Source: an uncultured Gammaproteobacteria bacterium
Lineage (GTDB): Bacteria; Patescibacteriota; Microgenomatia; UBA12405
DNA: 64,000 nucleotides
Assembly (NCBI GenBank): GCA_964448705.1
Contig: CAYUZS010000001.1
Location: 114,687 to 178,686 of the forward strand
Reading direction: 5' to 3'
The stretch's first letter is position 1. The number at the start of each line of letters is the position of its first letter. The notes beneath the pieces were generated by a model, which was not told the origin of the DNA, did not search any database, and worked only from the letters and a program-made list of their open reading frames with translations. Below are positions 19,820-29,461 of this stretch, one piece after another. The translations under genes were made by a program, and so were the position numbers.

Positions 19820-21129
19820 CTTCTAAGATAATATAGAGAAAATCCAAATAAGATTATTGATAATAATACGAGAAAATAAGTAGGAAAGGAACCACCTGTT
19901 TGATATAAAGTAGAAGAAGTGCTGGAAGGTGTGACCGTTTCTGTAATTGGAGTAATTGAAGGTTTAAGAGTGTCGGTCGGGGTTAAAACAACAGTAGTAG
20001 GAATAACAGCAGTAGTAGGAATAACGGAAGGAACGGCAGTGGGAATAATGGTAGCGGAAGACGAGGCTTGGTATGACGGGCCGTCATCATCTCCGGCCAG
20101 GACAGTGAAATTTCTGGTAACTGTTTCCCAAATACCAGTGGTAGTGTTTTGAACTTTAACGGTGATGGTGTGTTTACCGGGAGCTAAATCGCTTGGCGGC
20201 GACCAATGCCAGGAACCGGAATTATCGGCTAAGGACTCTCCATTAATAACAGTTTCGGAATTAACTTCGATAATAACTTTTGAACTGGCCGGTGCAGTGC
20301 CAAAAAAATCAGGACGGACAACATTCAGTGTTTCGTTATCCTGGGGATTAAAAATATCAACTGATTTTTCCGACTGAACATTGGTAGTATCAACAACTTT
20401 TCCGACAGGTAAGGATGTAACTTGAGGAGCGGCCAGAGAATCACGACCGATAACAATATCGGGAACAGGGTTGTTAAGAGCAGTGCTGTTGGTAACCTGA
20501 GTGGTTGTGCCGTCATCTGAAATAACCACAATGTCTTCGTCAGTGGCATTTTCCGGAGGAATGAACCAGTCTGTTTTAGAATCGTTAAAAGTACTGGCTA
20601 AAGAAACCGACCAGTTTCCGTCAGTGGTGATAAAAGACGAAAGCGGTGAGGCTCCGGGAATGTTGAGATAAACAAGAGCATTAACTGCAGGTTTAGACTC
20701 GGCATCAAAAACTTTTCCCCAAGCCAGATTGGAAGTCGGGAGAGAAGATACCGGATTGGAACCTGTTTCAAAAACAAAGCTGTTTTCGGTATAATTTTGA
20801 CCTCCGCTGATAATGGTGTAATTATAGGAAGTATTGTTTTTAAGGTTCCTAACCTGAAAATAATGAATTTTTGTGGCGGTATCGTTTTTGATATCCGATA
20901 AAAGTTGACCATTAACAGAGAGACTAACCAAACAGGAGGCCGAAGTTAGAAAAGAAATATCTGCGGTACTATTAGTAATATTGGTAACCTGAGAATTTAT
21001 AGGAATACAGTCGCCACTGGCTTTTGAACCCAAACTGGTTCTGTTAGTGGTTAAATAGATGCCGACAAAAAGAGCAATTATTAAAAATATCAGACCTAAG
21101 ATAGTGGGAAAGCGTTTTTCTTTATTCAT
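19816..21129 (-). CDS. Surface protein with Fn3-like and bacterial Ig-like domains, PT linker, LYQTG-TM-RR tail
   Basis: N-terminal TM; 'ADNSGSWHWSPPSDLAPGKHTITV' Ig-like segment; sortase-type C-terminus. Confidence 0.75.
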   Translation of the reverse strand: MNKEKRFPTILGLIFLIIALFVGIYLTTNRTSLGSKASGDCIPINSQVTNITNSTADISFLTSASCLVSLSVNGQLLSDIKNDTATKIHYFQVRNLKNNTSYNYTIISGGQNYTENSFVFETGSNPVSSLPTSNLAWGKVFDAESKPAVNALVYLNIPGASPLSSFITTDGNWSVSLASTFNDSKTDWFIPPENATDEDIVVISDDGTTTQVTNSTALNNPVPDIVIGRDSLAAPQVTSLPVGKVVDTTNVQSEKSVDIFNPQDNETLNVVRPDFFGTAPASSKVIIEVNSETVINGESLADNSGSWHWSPPSDLAPGKHTITVKVQNTTTGIWETVTRNFTVLAGDDDGPSYQASSSATIIPTAVPSVIPTTAVIPTTVVLTPTDTLKPSITPITETVTPSSTSSTLYQTGGSFPTYFLVLLSIILFGFSLYYLRR

Positions 21130-21350
21130 GGGAAGATCGATTCAGCCGAATAATATTTTCGGTTTTGAATTTCATCGAGGGTTTTAGTATCTAGATTGGG
21201 ATTAATCGGTTTTAAAATGTCACTGGTTTTGATTTCATTTGAAGGTCCGATTAAGTTGGAATAACTTTGTTGAACAATAAAAACAAAAATAGCCAAAAAA
21301 GTGAAAATACTGACTAATAGAAGATAGGTAGTAATTTTATTTTTGATCAT
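21126..21350 (-). CDS. Small single-pass membrane protein downstream of pilO
   Basis: MIKNKITTYLLLVSIFTFLAIFVFIV...; overlaps both neighbours. Confidence 0.6.
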   Translation of the reverse strand: MIKNKITTYLLLVSIFTFLAIFVFIVQQSYSNLIGPSNEIKTSDILKPINPNLDTKTLDEIQNRKYYSAESIFP

Positions 21351-22002
21351 TTGTTTTTGGAGACCAATAATAAAAATTAGCAGTAAAGTCCGTGGAAACA
21401 GATCCGGATGGGGCGGCACTTTCGGTTGACTCTGAGGCGGCAATACCTCTGGTTACTCCAACACCGATGGAATTGATATTAATCAGACGACGATTTTTCA
21501 GCAATTCGGAAACTAATTTAACTGCAGAATTAAACTGACCTTCAATATTAAGAGATATAGTGTAAATTCCGACATTGGGATCAATACTCTTTTTGGAATT
21601 ATTTTGGAAACCGTACTGTAAGGTGGAAATATTTAAACCGGCATCCTGGCCGCTTTTTTGAATTTGATTGGCAGCCTGATAAAATTGGGGAGTATCCGGA
21701 AGACTGTCATTAACAATTTGATAATGTTCCTGAACTTCGGAAAAAACCTCCTGAGCAGCAACAACCTTGTCGATTTTAGTTTTTAGCTGGGTTTTAAGAA
21801 TTTGCTTTGATTTTATTTCTCCAACCAAAGAAGAAATAGTTAAGGCGGTGGGGCGGATGGCAAAAATTAAGAAGAAAATAATTAAAACGAAAGTAGCGGT
21901 TATTTCCAATGATTTAAGAAAACGCTGATTCTCCTGTTTTTTCCTAACATAGTCCATGAGAGGCCGGAGCCGGTTCATTTGGTTGCTGATAATGGGGTTC
22001 AT
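21337..22002 (-). CDS. pilO: Type IV pilus assembly protein PilO-like
   Basis: TM + coiled coil + 'SLPD.P', 'I.G.F......L.K.RRLINI.S' ferredoxin-like fold pattern. Confidence 0.7.
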   Translation of the reverse strand: MNPIISNQMNRLRPLMDYVRKKQENQRFLKSLEITATFVLIIFFLIFAIRPTALTISSLVGEIKSKQILKTQLKTKIDKVVAAQEVFSEVQEHYQIVNDSLPDTPQFYQAANQIQKSGQDAGLNISTLQYGFQNNSKKSIDPNVGIYTISLNIEGQFNSAVKLVSELLKNRRLININSIGVGVTRGIAASESTESAAPSGSVSTDFTANFYYWSPKTNDQK

Positions 22003-22562
22003 TTTTTTACTCCTGAAAAAACGAGAGAAAGATTAACATGGTATTGATTTTCCCGGGCCTTTTTTTCGATGGTCTGAATATCAACAGAAGAGATATTGGG
22101 ATTAACAATAAGATTAGTTATAAAGTTGACGATAGAACTTTCCTGATATGTGGACAAACTGACTTCGGCATTAACATCCCCTTCTTCATTCAGACCGACA
22201 CTTAAACCGGTGAAGGTAATATCCAAAGGAGTACTTTCGGTTAGTGTTTGGATTTTGTCTTGATATTGCGGTTGATTCTCGTAATAGGTTTTAATAAGTG
22301 TAAGCCGTTTTTGTAGTTGTGAATATTCATTTTCAAAACTACTGGTACTTTCGAGGATAGCTTTTTGCTGTCTTACGGCTTCTGAGAGATCGGAATTGAT
22401 ACGATCCAGCCAAAACCGGGAAATAAAAGCACCAACAACAATTAGCTCGGTAAAAACGATGACATAGCGACCAATAGTGGACAGCCATCTGATTATCCGA
22501 GCCGAAAGAGAGTCGGCATTTTCCTCATTAGGCAAGAGGGAAATCTCTTTTTTGGCAGGCAT
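21999..22562 (-). CDS. pilN: Type IV pilus assembly protein PilN-like
   Basis: N-terminal 'ISLLP' (INLLP) motif, TM, coiled coil, 'TP.DI.F..L'. Confidence 0.72.
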   Translation of the reverse strand: MPAKKEISLLPNEENADSLSARIIRWLSTIGRYVIVFTELIVVGAFISRFWLDRINSDLSEAVRQQKAILESTSSFENEYSQLQKRLTLIKTYYENQPQYQDKIQTLTESTPLDITFTGLSVGLNEEGDVNAEVSLSTYQESSIVNFITNLIVNPNISSVDIQTIEKKARENQYHVNLSLVFSGVKK

Positions 22563-22581
22563 AATAACAGTATATATAAAT

Positions 22582-24192
22582 TTAGCGGGAAAGAAAACGT
22601 TTCAACTTTTCAAAATAGCGAAGATAGTCTTTATATTCTTCAATTGACAACTGTTTGGATAAAATTGCAAAGACGATAAAACCAATCAAAGAAGAGATAC
22701 TGGAGAGAATAATTAAATAGAAAGTTTTTGAGGTGTCGAAGACGAAAACATCAAGGAACCTGAGGCTTAACCATGAAGCGATTCCCATGCCGATTGAGGC
22801 CAGCAATATTTTGAAGAAATGATAGAAAGTTTTGTCCCAACCTGAACCATCAACCACGCGGATGAAAAAATAAAATAAACCAAGACCTTGTGTCAGATTT
22901 CCCAAGGAGGCACTGACAGCCAAGCCAACAATACCAAGATCGGTGAAATTAATCAAAAGATAGCTGGTAACGATATTAACTATCAAAGAAACCGCTGAAA
23001 TTTTTAGAGGTGTCCGGGTATCGTGTAAGGCATAAAATGAACGAATTAAAATCTGAATCACAGCTTGAGATACAATTGCCGGGGTAAGATAGGCCAAAGT
23101 TTTAGCAGTTAACAAGGTAGCCGCCCAGGGAAATTGTTTAGCACCAAAAGCAATACGAATAATGGCGATGCGATGAATCAGAACTAAAGTGGTGATAGGG
23201 GCGGCAATATATAAACTTTGAGTCAGTGTTTTTCGAACAGTATCGCGAAAAATAGTAAGTTCATTCCGGGCTATATTTTTGGAGAGAATGGGCAGAGAAG
23301 CCTGGCCAATAGTGGTGCCAAAGATGCGGCTGGGAAGATACATGATTTGCATGGCCAGATTGAGCAAGGAAATTGAACCGGCGGCCAGGGAGCTGGCAAA
23401 AAATAAAGTAACCGTGTTTTCAATTTCACCCAAGCCGAGAGATAAAGTCCGGGGAATCATAAGCCTGATTATTTCTTTAACCCCTTCCAAACCGGAGCTA
23501 ATAGAAAAAGAATATTTGAAACCAAATTTTTTAATCAAAGGAATTTGAATCGCCAAATGAAAAAATGCACCGACAACAGTACCGTAAGTTACCCCATAGA
23601 TACCGAAAATCGGAGCCAGGGTAAAAATACTGAGAATGATAAAAAGGTTGTAGACAATCGGAGAAAGTGAAGGAACAATAAACATCTGATGAACCTGGAG
23701 AATACCGGTTAAAAAATTACTGACCAGAAAAAATATTTGGGCAATCAACAAAATTCTCGTTAGACTGGCCATTAAATCCAGTTGATACGGAGTAAAACCA
23801 CTGGCAATAATTTCGGAAAAAGGTCTGGCAAAAATAAATACCACCAAAGAGACAAAGATGAATAAAATAAGCAGTAAATTTATTACCGTGGAAGCGATCT
23901 GATACGCTTTCTTTTCGTCTTTATGAAGATAACTACTAAAAACCGGGATAAACGAGGCTGAGAGAGCTCCGGTTACCAGTAATTTAAAAATTAAGTCCGG
24001 GAGTCGAAAGGCGGCATTGTAGGCATCCAGATCCAAAACGCAACAATTGAAAAAATGGGCGTAGAGAAATTTGCTCCGAAAAAGACCAAGCAAAGCTGAA
24101 ATGGCAAAAGTAATTCCTAAAACAAGACTGGCGGAAAAAATACTATTCTGTTTTCTGGTTCCAAGGGAGGTTAACAGAAATTTAAGGTTCAT
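22582..24192 (-). CDS. murJ: Lipid II flippase MurJ/MviN
   Basis: DAYNAAFRLPD, GALSASFIPVF, RSFYALHDTRTP. Confidence 0.93.
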   Translation of the reverse strand: MNLKFLLTSLGTRKQNSIFSASLVLGITFAISALLGLFRSKFLYAHFFNCCVLDLDAYNAAFRLPDLIFKLLVTGALSASFIPVFSSYLHKDEKKAYQIASTVINLLLILFIFVSLVVFIFARPFSEIIASGFTPYQLDLMASLTRILLIAQIFFLVSNFLTGILQVHQMFIVPSLSPIVYNLFIILSIFTLAPIFGIYGVTYGTVVGAFFHLAIQIPLIKKFGFKYSFSISSGLEGVKEIIRLMIPRTLSLGLGEIENTVTLFFASSLAAGSISLLNLAMQIMYLPSRIFGTTIGQASLPILSKNIARNELTIFRDTVRKTLTQSLYIAAPITTLVLIHRIAIIRIAFGAKQFPWAATLLTAKTLAYLTPAIVSQAVIQILIRSFYALHDTRTPLKISAVSLIVNIVTSYLLINFTDLGIVGLAVSASLGNLTQGLGLFYFFIRVVDGSGWDKTFYHFFKILLASIGMGIASWLSLRFLDVFVFDTSKTFYLIILSSISSLIGFIVFAILSKQLSIEEYKDYLRYFEKLKRFLSR

Positions 24193-24256
24193 TGGCTAAT
24201 TATAGACGATAGATAAAATGTTGTATTTAAGTAGATCTTAAGATAAAATACTTTCC

Positions 24257-24589
24257 ATGCCAATCAGTCGTTCATCTAAAAAATCACTGCGAAAATCGAT
24301 TAAAAATCGTAAAGACAACTTACACCTTAAAAATAAATTTAAGGAAATTGTCAAGAAATTCTTAGCTTCACCAAAAGCTGAAGAGGTTTCTAAAGTACAA
24401 TCAGTTCTCGATAAAGCCGTAAAAAAAGGCATTCTTCACAAGAATAAGGTTGCCCGGCTCAAATCACAGATCAGTAAAAAAGCCGCCCAAGGGACAGTAG
24501 AAAATAAAAAGATTGTCAAAAAGGCAGCCGCTAAAAAAGTAACCAAAAAACCCGCAAAGAGAACCGCAAAAGAAAAGATGTCTAAATAA
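24257..24589 (+). CDS. rpsT: 30S ribosomal protein S20 with basic C-terminal extension
   Basis: MPISRSSKKSLRKS...LDKAVKKGILHKNKVARLKS. Confidence 0.93.
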   Translation: MPISRSSKKSLRKSIKNRKDNLHLKNKFKEIVKKFLASPKAEEVSKVQSVLDKAVKKGILHKNKVARLKSQISKKAAQGTVENKKIVKKAAAKKVTKKPAKRTAKEKMSK

Positions 24590-24627
24590 TTGAGTATACT
24601 TACTTAATTATTTAACATATTCTTCCA

Positions 24628-26034
24628 ATGAAAAAATTTTACGTTACTACCCCAATTTACTACATCAATGCCGAACCGAGCATCGGATCAGCCTGCACAA
24701 CTGTAGCCGCCGATATTGTCGCCAGATTACACAAACAATCAGGAGAGGAAACATTCTCGTTGACCGGAACCGATGAGCACGGAGAAAAAATAGCCGAAAC
24801 AGCAGAAAAGGCCGGCGTATCCCCTATTTCATGGTGCGATGATATGGCACCAAAATTTGTTGAAGCCTGGAAACTATTGGATGTAGATAATGACTTTTTC
24901 ATCAGAACAACCGATCCGAGACACGAAAAAATAGTCGTGGAAGTGCTGCAAAAAATTTATGATGCCGGTGATGTTTACAAGGATAAGTATGAAGGCTGGT
25001 ATTGTACCGGCTGTGAAGCATTTAAAACCGAAAAGGAACTGGTGGACGGACACTGTCCAATGCATCCTCCGGAAAAGACGGTGAAAAAATCCGAAGAAAA
25101 TTGGTTTTTTAAACTGTCTAAATATGTACCGAAAATAATCGAATTAATAGAGAATCCGGAAACAAACTATATTTTCCCGGAAAGCAAAAGACTTGAAATT
25201 TTGGCAAAATTGAAAGCCGGAGTGAATGATATTTCCATTTCCAGAGAAAAAGTAAAATGGGGAATACCGGTGCCATGGGATCCAAAACATACTATTTATG
25301 TGTGGATTGATGCTCTGATTAATTATTACAGCGCCACCCGGTTTTTGGAAAACAAAGCTGATTTTTGGCCGGCAAACTTACACCTCTTAGGAAAAGAAAT
25401 TTTATGGTTTCACACGGTTATTTGGCAGGCGATGCTGATGTCAGCCGATCTACCTCTACCGAAAAAAACTTATATTCACGATTTCTACACTATTGACGGA
25501 GAAAAAATGTCTAAATCTCTGGGAAATACTATTCCACCAAAAGAAATGGTGGATTTATTCGGGACCGACGGAGCCAGATATCTTATCGCCAGATCATTTC
25601 CAACCAACGGCGACGTGGATGTAGGAATAGCCAGATTTAAGGAAAAATACAATGCAGACTTAGCTAATAATTTAGGTAATTTGGTGAGCCGAATTTGTAA
25701 ATTAGGAGAGGGTGATAATTACGGAAAAACAATTGTTGAACGGGACAAACATTTTGATGAACTGGTCGACGACTTAAAATTTGACGAAGCGATTAACTAT
25801 ATATTTACCTCATTTGTCGACAGCTCAAATTTACGACTAAACAATGACAAACCATGGACTTTAGAAAAAGACAATCAAATCAGGAAGGAATGTTTATCGG
25901 TCTGCCGCAGCAATTTACAGAAAGCAGCACATCATCTTTGGCCGATAATGCCAAAAACTTGTGAGAAAATAGAGGCATTGTTAAAAGATGAGATTAAACC
26001 ACTGAAAGATGGTTTGTTTCCAAGAATAAAATGA
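24628..26034 (+). CDS. metG: Methionine-tRNA ligase (short form)
   Basis: FYVTTPIYY, TGTDEHG, YC.GCE, YVWIDAL.NY, KMSKS. Confidence 0.97.
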   Translation: MKKFYVTTPIYYINAEPSIGSACTTVAADIVARLHKQSGEETFSLTGTDEHGEKIAETAEKAGVSPISWCDDMAPKFVEAWKLLDVDNDFFIRTTDPRHEKIVVEVLQKIYDAGDVYKDKYEGWYCTGCEAFKTEKELVDGHCPMHPPEKTVKKSEENWFFKLSKYVPKIIELIENPETNYIFPESKRLEILAKLKAGVNDISISREKVKWGIPVPWDPKHTIYVWIDALINYYSATRFLENKADFWPANLHLLGKEILWFHTVIWQAMLMSADLPLPKKTYIHDFYTIDGEKMSKSLGNTIPPKEMVDLFGTDGARYLIARSFPTNGDVDVGIARFKEKYNADLANNLGNLVSRICKLGEGDNYGKTIVERDKHFDELVDDLKFDEAINYIFTSFVDSSNLRLNNDKPWTLEKDNQIRKECLSVCRSNLQKAAHHLWPIMPKTCEKIEALLKDEIKPLKDGLFPRIK

Positions 26035-26759
26035 TTGATACCCACGCCCACATCGAAAATTCGGATGAACATTTAGGAATTGATAATTTGAAAGCAGTAA
26101 TCCTGTCGGCGGCAAATATTGAAACTTCTAAAATGAATCTAAAACTGGCGGAAAAGTATCCCAATATGTTTGCCGCTATCGGAGTTCACCCTCTGGAAAT
26201 AGGAAAAGTAGATGAACAAATTGATATTTTAGACAGAATGGCGGAGGAAAATCCAAATGTGGTCGCCATCGGTGAATGCGGATTAGACTACAGCCAAGAA
26301 ATAGATAAATTGAAACAGGAAATACTGTTCCGCGGACAGATTGCGATCAGTTTGAAACATAAAAAACCACTGATTGTCCATAGCCGGGAAGCCTCTGATG
26401 AAACTCTGGAAATTTTAAAAAGCTACAAGGGATTAAAAGGAGTAATCCACTGCTACAGCGGCGGAAAAAAAAGAATTAAAAGGTATCTGGATATAGACGG
26501 AAAATGGTATTTTGGAATTGACGGAAATTTAACTTACGAGGACGGTTTGATTGAAGTTGTGAAAGAAATACCTAAAGACAGGTTATTATTAGAGACAGAC
26601 AGTCCGGAACTGACACCAGTCCCCCACAGAGGTAAAAAAAATCAACCAAATTGGGTGGAATTTGTCTATAAAAAAACAGCCGAAATTTGGAATCTGAGTT
26701 TTGAAGAGACGGAAAAAATAATTGATAAAAACGCGGAAACTCTGTTTGGATTAAAATAA
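26031..26759 (+). CDS. tatD: TatD-family nuclease
   Basis: IDTHAH, GVHP, IGECGLDY, VHSRE, LLETDSP. Confidence 0.93.
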   Translation: MIDTHAHIENSDEHLGIDNLKAVILSAANIETSKMNLKLAEKYPNMFAAIGVHPLEIGKVDEQIDILDRMAEENPNVVAIGECGLDYSQEIDKLKQEILFRGQIAISLKHKKPLIVHSREASDETLEILKSYKGLKGVIHCYSGGKKRIKRYLDIDGKWYFGIDGNLTYEDGLIEVVKEIPKDRLLLETDSPELTPVPHRGKKNQPNWVEFVYKKTAEIWNLSFEETEKIIDKNAETLFGLK

Positions 26760-26772
26760 AAGAGAAAAGAAA

Positions 26773-27012
26773 TTAGGTATAGTCGGAAATCAAATTTTCC
26801 AATTCTTTTTGAGAGGGATATTTGTCGATAAGAGCAACTTCGCCGTTAATCAAAAGAATGGTACTACCCTGATAACCCATTGAATAAACACGATTCATAT
26901 CTTTAAGATATTCCGGAGCACAATCAAGCTGCAGACGCTGGCAAACCATATCTAAATCGGCAAAAAGTTTTTTGCCCTGCGGTAAACCGCGATCAAAAAG
27001 TTGTATCCTCAT
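26773..27012 (-). CDS. Small thioredoxin-like (redox-active disulfide family) protein lacking CxxC
   Basis: Fold-like pattern M.I.L...G....K.L...'LLINGEV....YPS..EL'; CxxC position reads LPQG. Confidence 0.55.
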   Translation of the reverse strand: MRIQLFDRGLPQGKKLFADLDMVCQRLQLDCAPEYLKDMNRVYSMGYQGSTILLINGEVALIDKYPSQKELENLISDYT

Positions 27013-27056
27013 GATTAGTTGTTAATTATTAACTAATTTCCAAAAAATCAGTGGAA

Positions 27057-27824
27057 TTATATTTTTCGGAGATTTGATAAGTCGATAGTTGATTGTATCA
27101 AGGAGGCGACAGTCATCGGACCAACACCTCCAAAAGTGGGGGTAAGATAACTACATTTTTCCGAAACCAACTGAAAATCAACATCACCGGAGGCGGCGTC
27201 GACCACAACAGCGCCGGATTTTATCATATCAGCATTAACCATATTTTTGACTCCGGTGGCAGAAATCAGAAGATCGGCGGTCAGAGTATGGGTTTTAATA
27301 TCGACTGTTTTGTCGTTAAGCAATTCAACATTTGCCCGACGTTTTTCAAAAACAGTTTTCAGAGGTTGACCGATTAGTTGACTATCGTTGATGACAACCA
27401 CTTTTTTATTTTCAAAATTTAGGTGATATTCATCCAAAAGACGAATTATGCCTTTTACAACCGCCGGCAGAACTCCGGAATTGGGATTTAGACCATCAAC
27501 ATCTTTGTGAGGAGCGATAGTTTGGACGATGGCCGGTTGATTAAAATGAGGCGGTAAAGGAAGCTGAACAAAAAAACCGGTAACAGAAGGATCATCATTT
27601 AAAGACGTAATCAGGGACAAAATATCCGACTGAGAAACAGTTTCCTCCAATCGATGAACTAGACACTTTAAGCCTATTTCCCGGCATTTTTTTTCTTTAA
27701 TAGCGACATACAATTCGGAAGCGGGATTGTGGCCAACCAAAATAATATGAAGACAAACGGATGGGGAAATATTTATCCCGGAGAGAATTTTTTGAGAAAG
27801 TGATTTTCCATCCAAAAGAATCAT
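27057..27824 (-). CDS. folD: Methylenetetrahydrofolate dehydrogenase/cyclohydrolase
   Basis: LLDGK, VQLPLP, KDVDG, TP..GGVGPMTVA. Confidence 0.93.
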   Translation of the reverse strand: MILLDGKSLSQKILSGINISPSVCLHIILVGHNPASELYVAIKEKKCREIGLKCLVHRLEETVSQSDILSLITSLNDDPSVTGFFVQLPLPPHFNQPAIVQTIAPHKDVDGLNPNSGVLPAVVKGIIRLLDEYHLNFENKKVVVINDSQLIGQPLKTVFEKRRANVELLNDKTVDIKTHTLTADLLISATGVKNMVNADMIKSGAVVVDAASGDVDFQLVSEKCSYLTPTFGGVGPMTVASLIQSTIDLSNLRKI

Positions 27825-28576
27825 TTGGTTAACACCTCCGCTCCATGAGGAGTAATTAAAACGGTATGTTCAAACTGAGCGGATAAGGAACCGTCGCGGG
27901 TGCGGATTGTCCAACCATCATGAGAGTCGAGAGTTACCCGCCAATCGGTGGAAGCATTAATCATCGGTTCGATAGTAAAAATCATGCCCGGTTTTAGAAC
28001 AATATCGCCTTCTGAGGTCCGATGGTGAAAAACAAAAGGATCTTCATGAAATTTTAGACCAACTCCATGACCACCAAGCTCCCGTACCGGAGCGTATCCA
28101 AACGGAGTGACATATTTTTCGATAACGGCACCGACACATTCATTAAGATGTTTGCCCGGTTTTAGGGATTGAATTGCCATATCTAAAGAAGTTTTTACCC
28201 GCTGCAGCAATAATTTATTTTCAGTAGAGATTTTTCCAACTCCATAAGTAGCAGAAGTGTCTCCATAATATCCGTCTAAGATAGTGGTGACATCAATGTT
28301 GATAATGTCCCCTTCCCGAAGAAGTACTTTTGGCGAGGGGATGCCGTGGCAAACAACATTATTGATGGAAGTACAGATGCTTTTTGGATAACCATTATAA
28401 TTTAAGGGAGCGGCGACGGCGTGATTTTGACTGATAAAATCTTTGGCAATTTGATCCAAATATTCGGTACTGACACCCGGTTTTATCGCCTCGGAAACAT
28501 AAAGCAAGGTTTTGGCAGCAAGTTTTGAGGCACGACGAATACCCTTTATCTGAAGAGGCGTTTTAATGGTAACCAT
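27821..28576 (-). CDS. map: Methionine aminopeptidase type I
   Basis: CTSINNVVCHGIP, GDIINIDV, GHGVG..FHEDP, FTIEPMIN, SAQFEHT. Confidence 0.97.
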   Translation of the reverse strand: MVTIKTPLQIKGIRRASKLAAKTLLYVSEAIKPGVSTEYLDQIAKDFISQNHAVAAPLNYNGYPKSICTSINNVVCHGIPSPKVLLREGDIINIDVTTILDGYYGDTSATYGVGKISTENKLLLQRVKTSLDMAIQSLKPGKHLNECVGAVIEKYVTPFGYAPVRELGGHGVGLKFHEDPFVFHHRTSEGDIVLKPGMIFTIEPMINASTDWRVTLDSHDGWTIRTRDGSLSAQFEHTVLITPHGAEVLTK

Positions 28577-28652
28577 GACGAATTATAGCTTATTTTCCAA
28601 AAAATGATTACTCTTTTGGCTTTTTTTATTAAAAGCGGGTAAAATCTAGGTG

Positions 28653-28862
28653 ATGAATCATACCAAAGATCTTGGTGTTGGTTTAGGAATGTTGATCACT
28701 ATACTGGGCGCCAATAGAAAAACTTTTGCTGCGGGGGCGGAATCGATGACCGCCAAAGACGGAAATCTCTTATTTTGGTTTTTAATGGCAATAATTGGAT
28801 TATTGGGGATAATTATAATTATCCAAGTTTGGCCGGAGAAAAAGAAAAAAGAAGAATCTTGA
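28653..28862 (+). CDS. Small membrane protein
   Basis: Hydrophobic helices with basic tail; TAAAAT 7 nt before the ATG. Confidence 0.5.
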   Translation: MNHTKDLGVGLGMLITILGANRKTFAAGAESMTAKDGNLLFWFLMAIIGLLGIIIIIQVWPEKKKKEES

Positions 28863-28888
28863 CAAGGTTGTCAAACTATTACTATACT
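28859..28888 (+). promoter_or_regulatory. sod promoter overlapped by 7-2-7 palindrome
   Basis: TTGACA-18-TATACT; TTGACAA-GG-TTGTCAA at 28859-28874. Confidence 0.6.
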
Positions 28889-28897
28889 TGTAGTAGA

Positions 28898-29461
28898 ATG
28901 AATAAATTAATCCAAAAACCTTTACCGTATTCCTATGAAGCTCTGGAGCCGGTAATCAGCCGAAAAATTATGGAGCTTCACTATAGTAAACATCATGCTG
29001 CTTATGTAGCTGCGGCGAATGCAGCTTTGGAAAAACCGGAAAAAAATCGTGAAGTGATGCGTGATTTTAGTTTTAATGCCAACGGGGCGATGATGCATGA
29101 AATATTTTGGGAGAACATGAGAGCATCAAAAGAGGAAAATCTTCCCGGCGAAAATTTAAGCCGAATATTAACTGAAAACTTCGGCAGTGTTGAAAACTTC
29201 AAATCACAATTTTCAACCGCAGCGGTTGGGGTAGAAGGATCCGGATGGGCAGTATTATGGAAAACACCATTAGGACTAACTGTGGGACAGCTGGAAAAAC
29301 ATAATTTACTAGCGATAAACGGAGCAACGCCAATACTGGTGTTGGATGTCTGGGAGCATTCCTATTATCTTGACTACTTAAACGACCGTAAAAGCTACGT
29401 GGAAAAATGGTGGCAGGTGGTTAATTGGGAAGATGTTGAGAAACGATTGAATCAAGGATAG
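28898..29461 (+). CDS. Fe/Mn superoxide dismutase
   Basis: LPYSYEALEP, LHYSKHH, GSGW, DVWEHSYY; likely start ATG 28898. Confidence 0.95.
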   Translation: MNKLIQKPLPYSYEALEPVISRKIMELHYSKHHAAYVAAANAALEKPEKNREVMRDFSFNANGAMMHEIFWENMRASKEENLPGENLSRILTENFGSVENFKSQFSTAAVGVEGSGWAVLWKTPLGLTVGQLEKHNLLAINGATPILVLDVWEHSYYLDYLNDRKSYVEKWWQVVNWEDVEKRLNQG

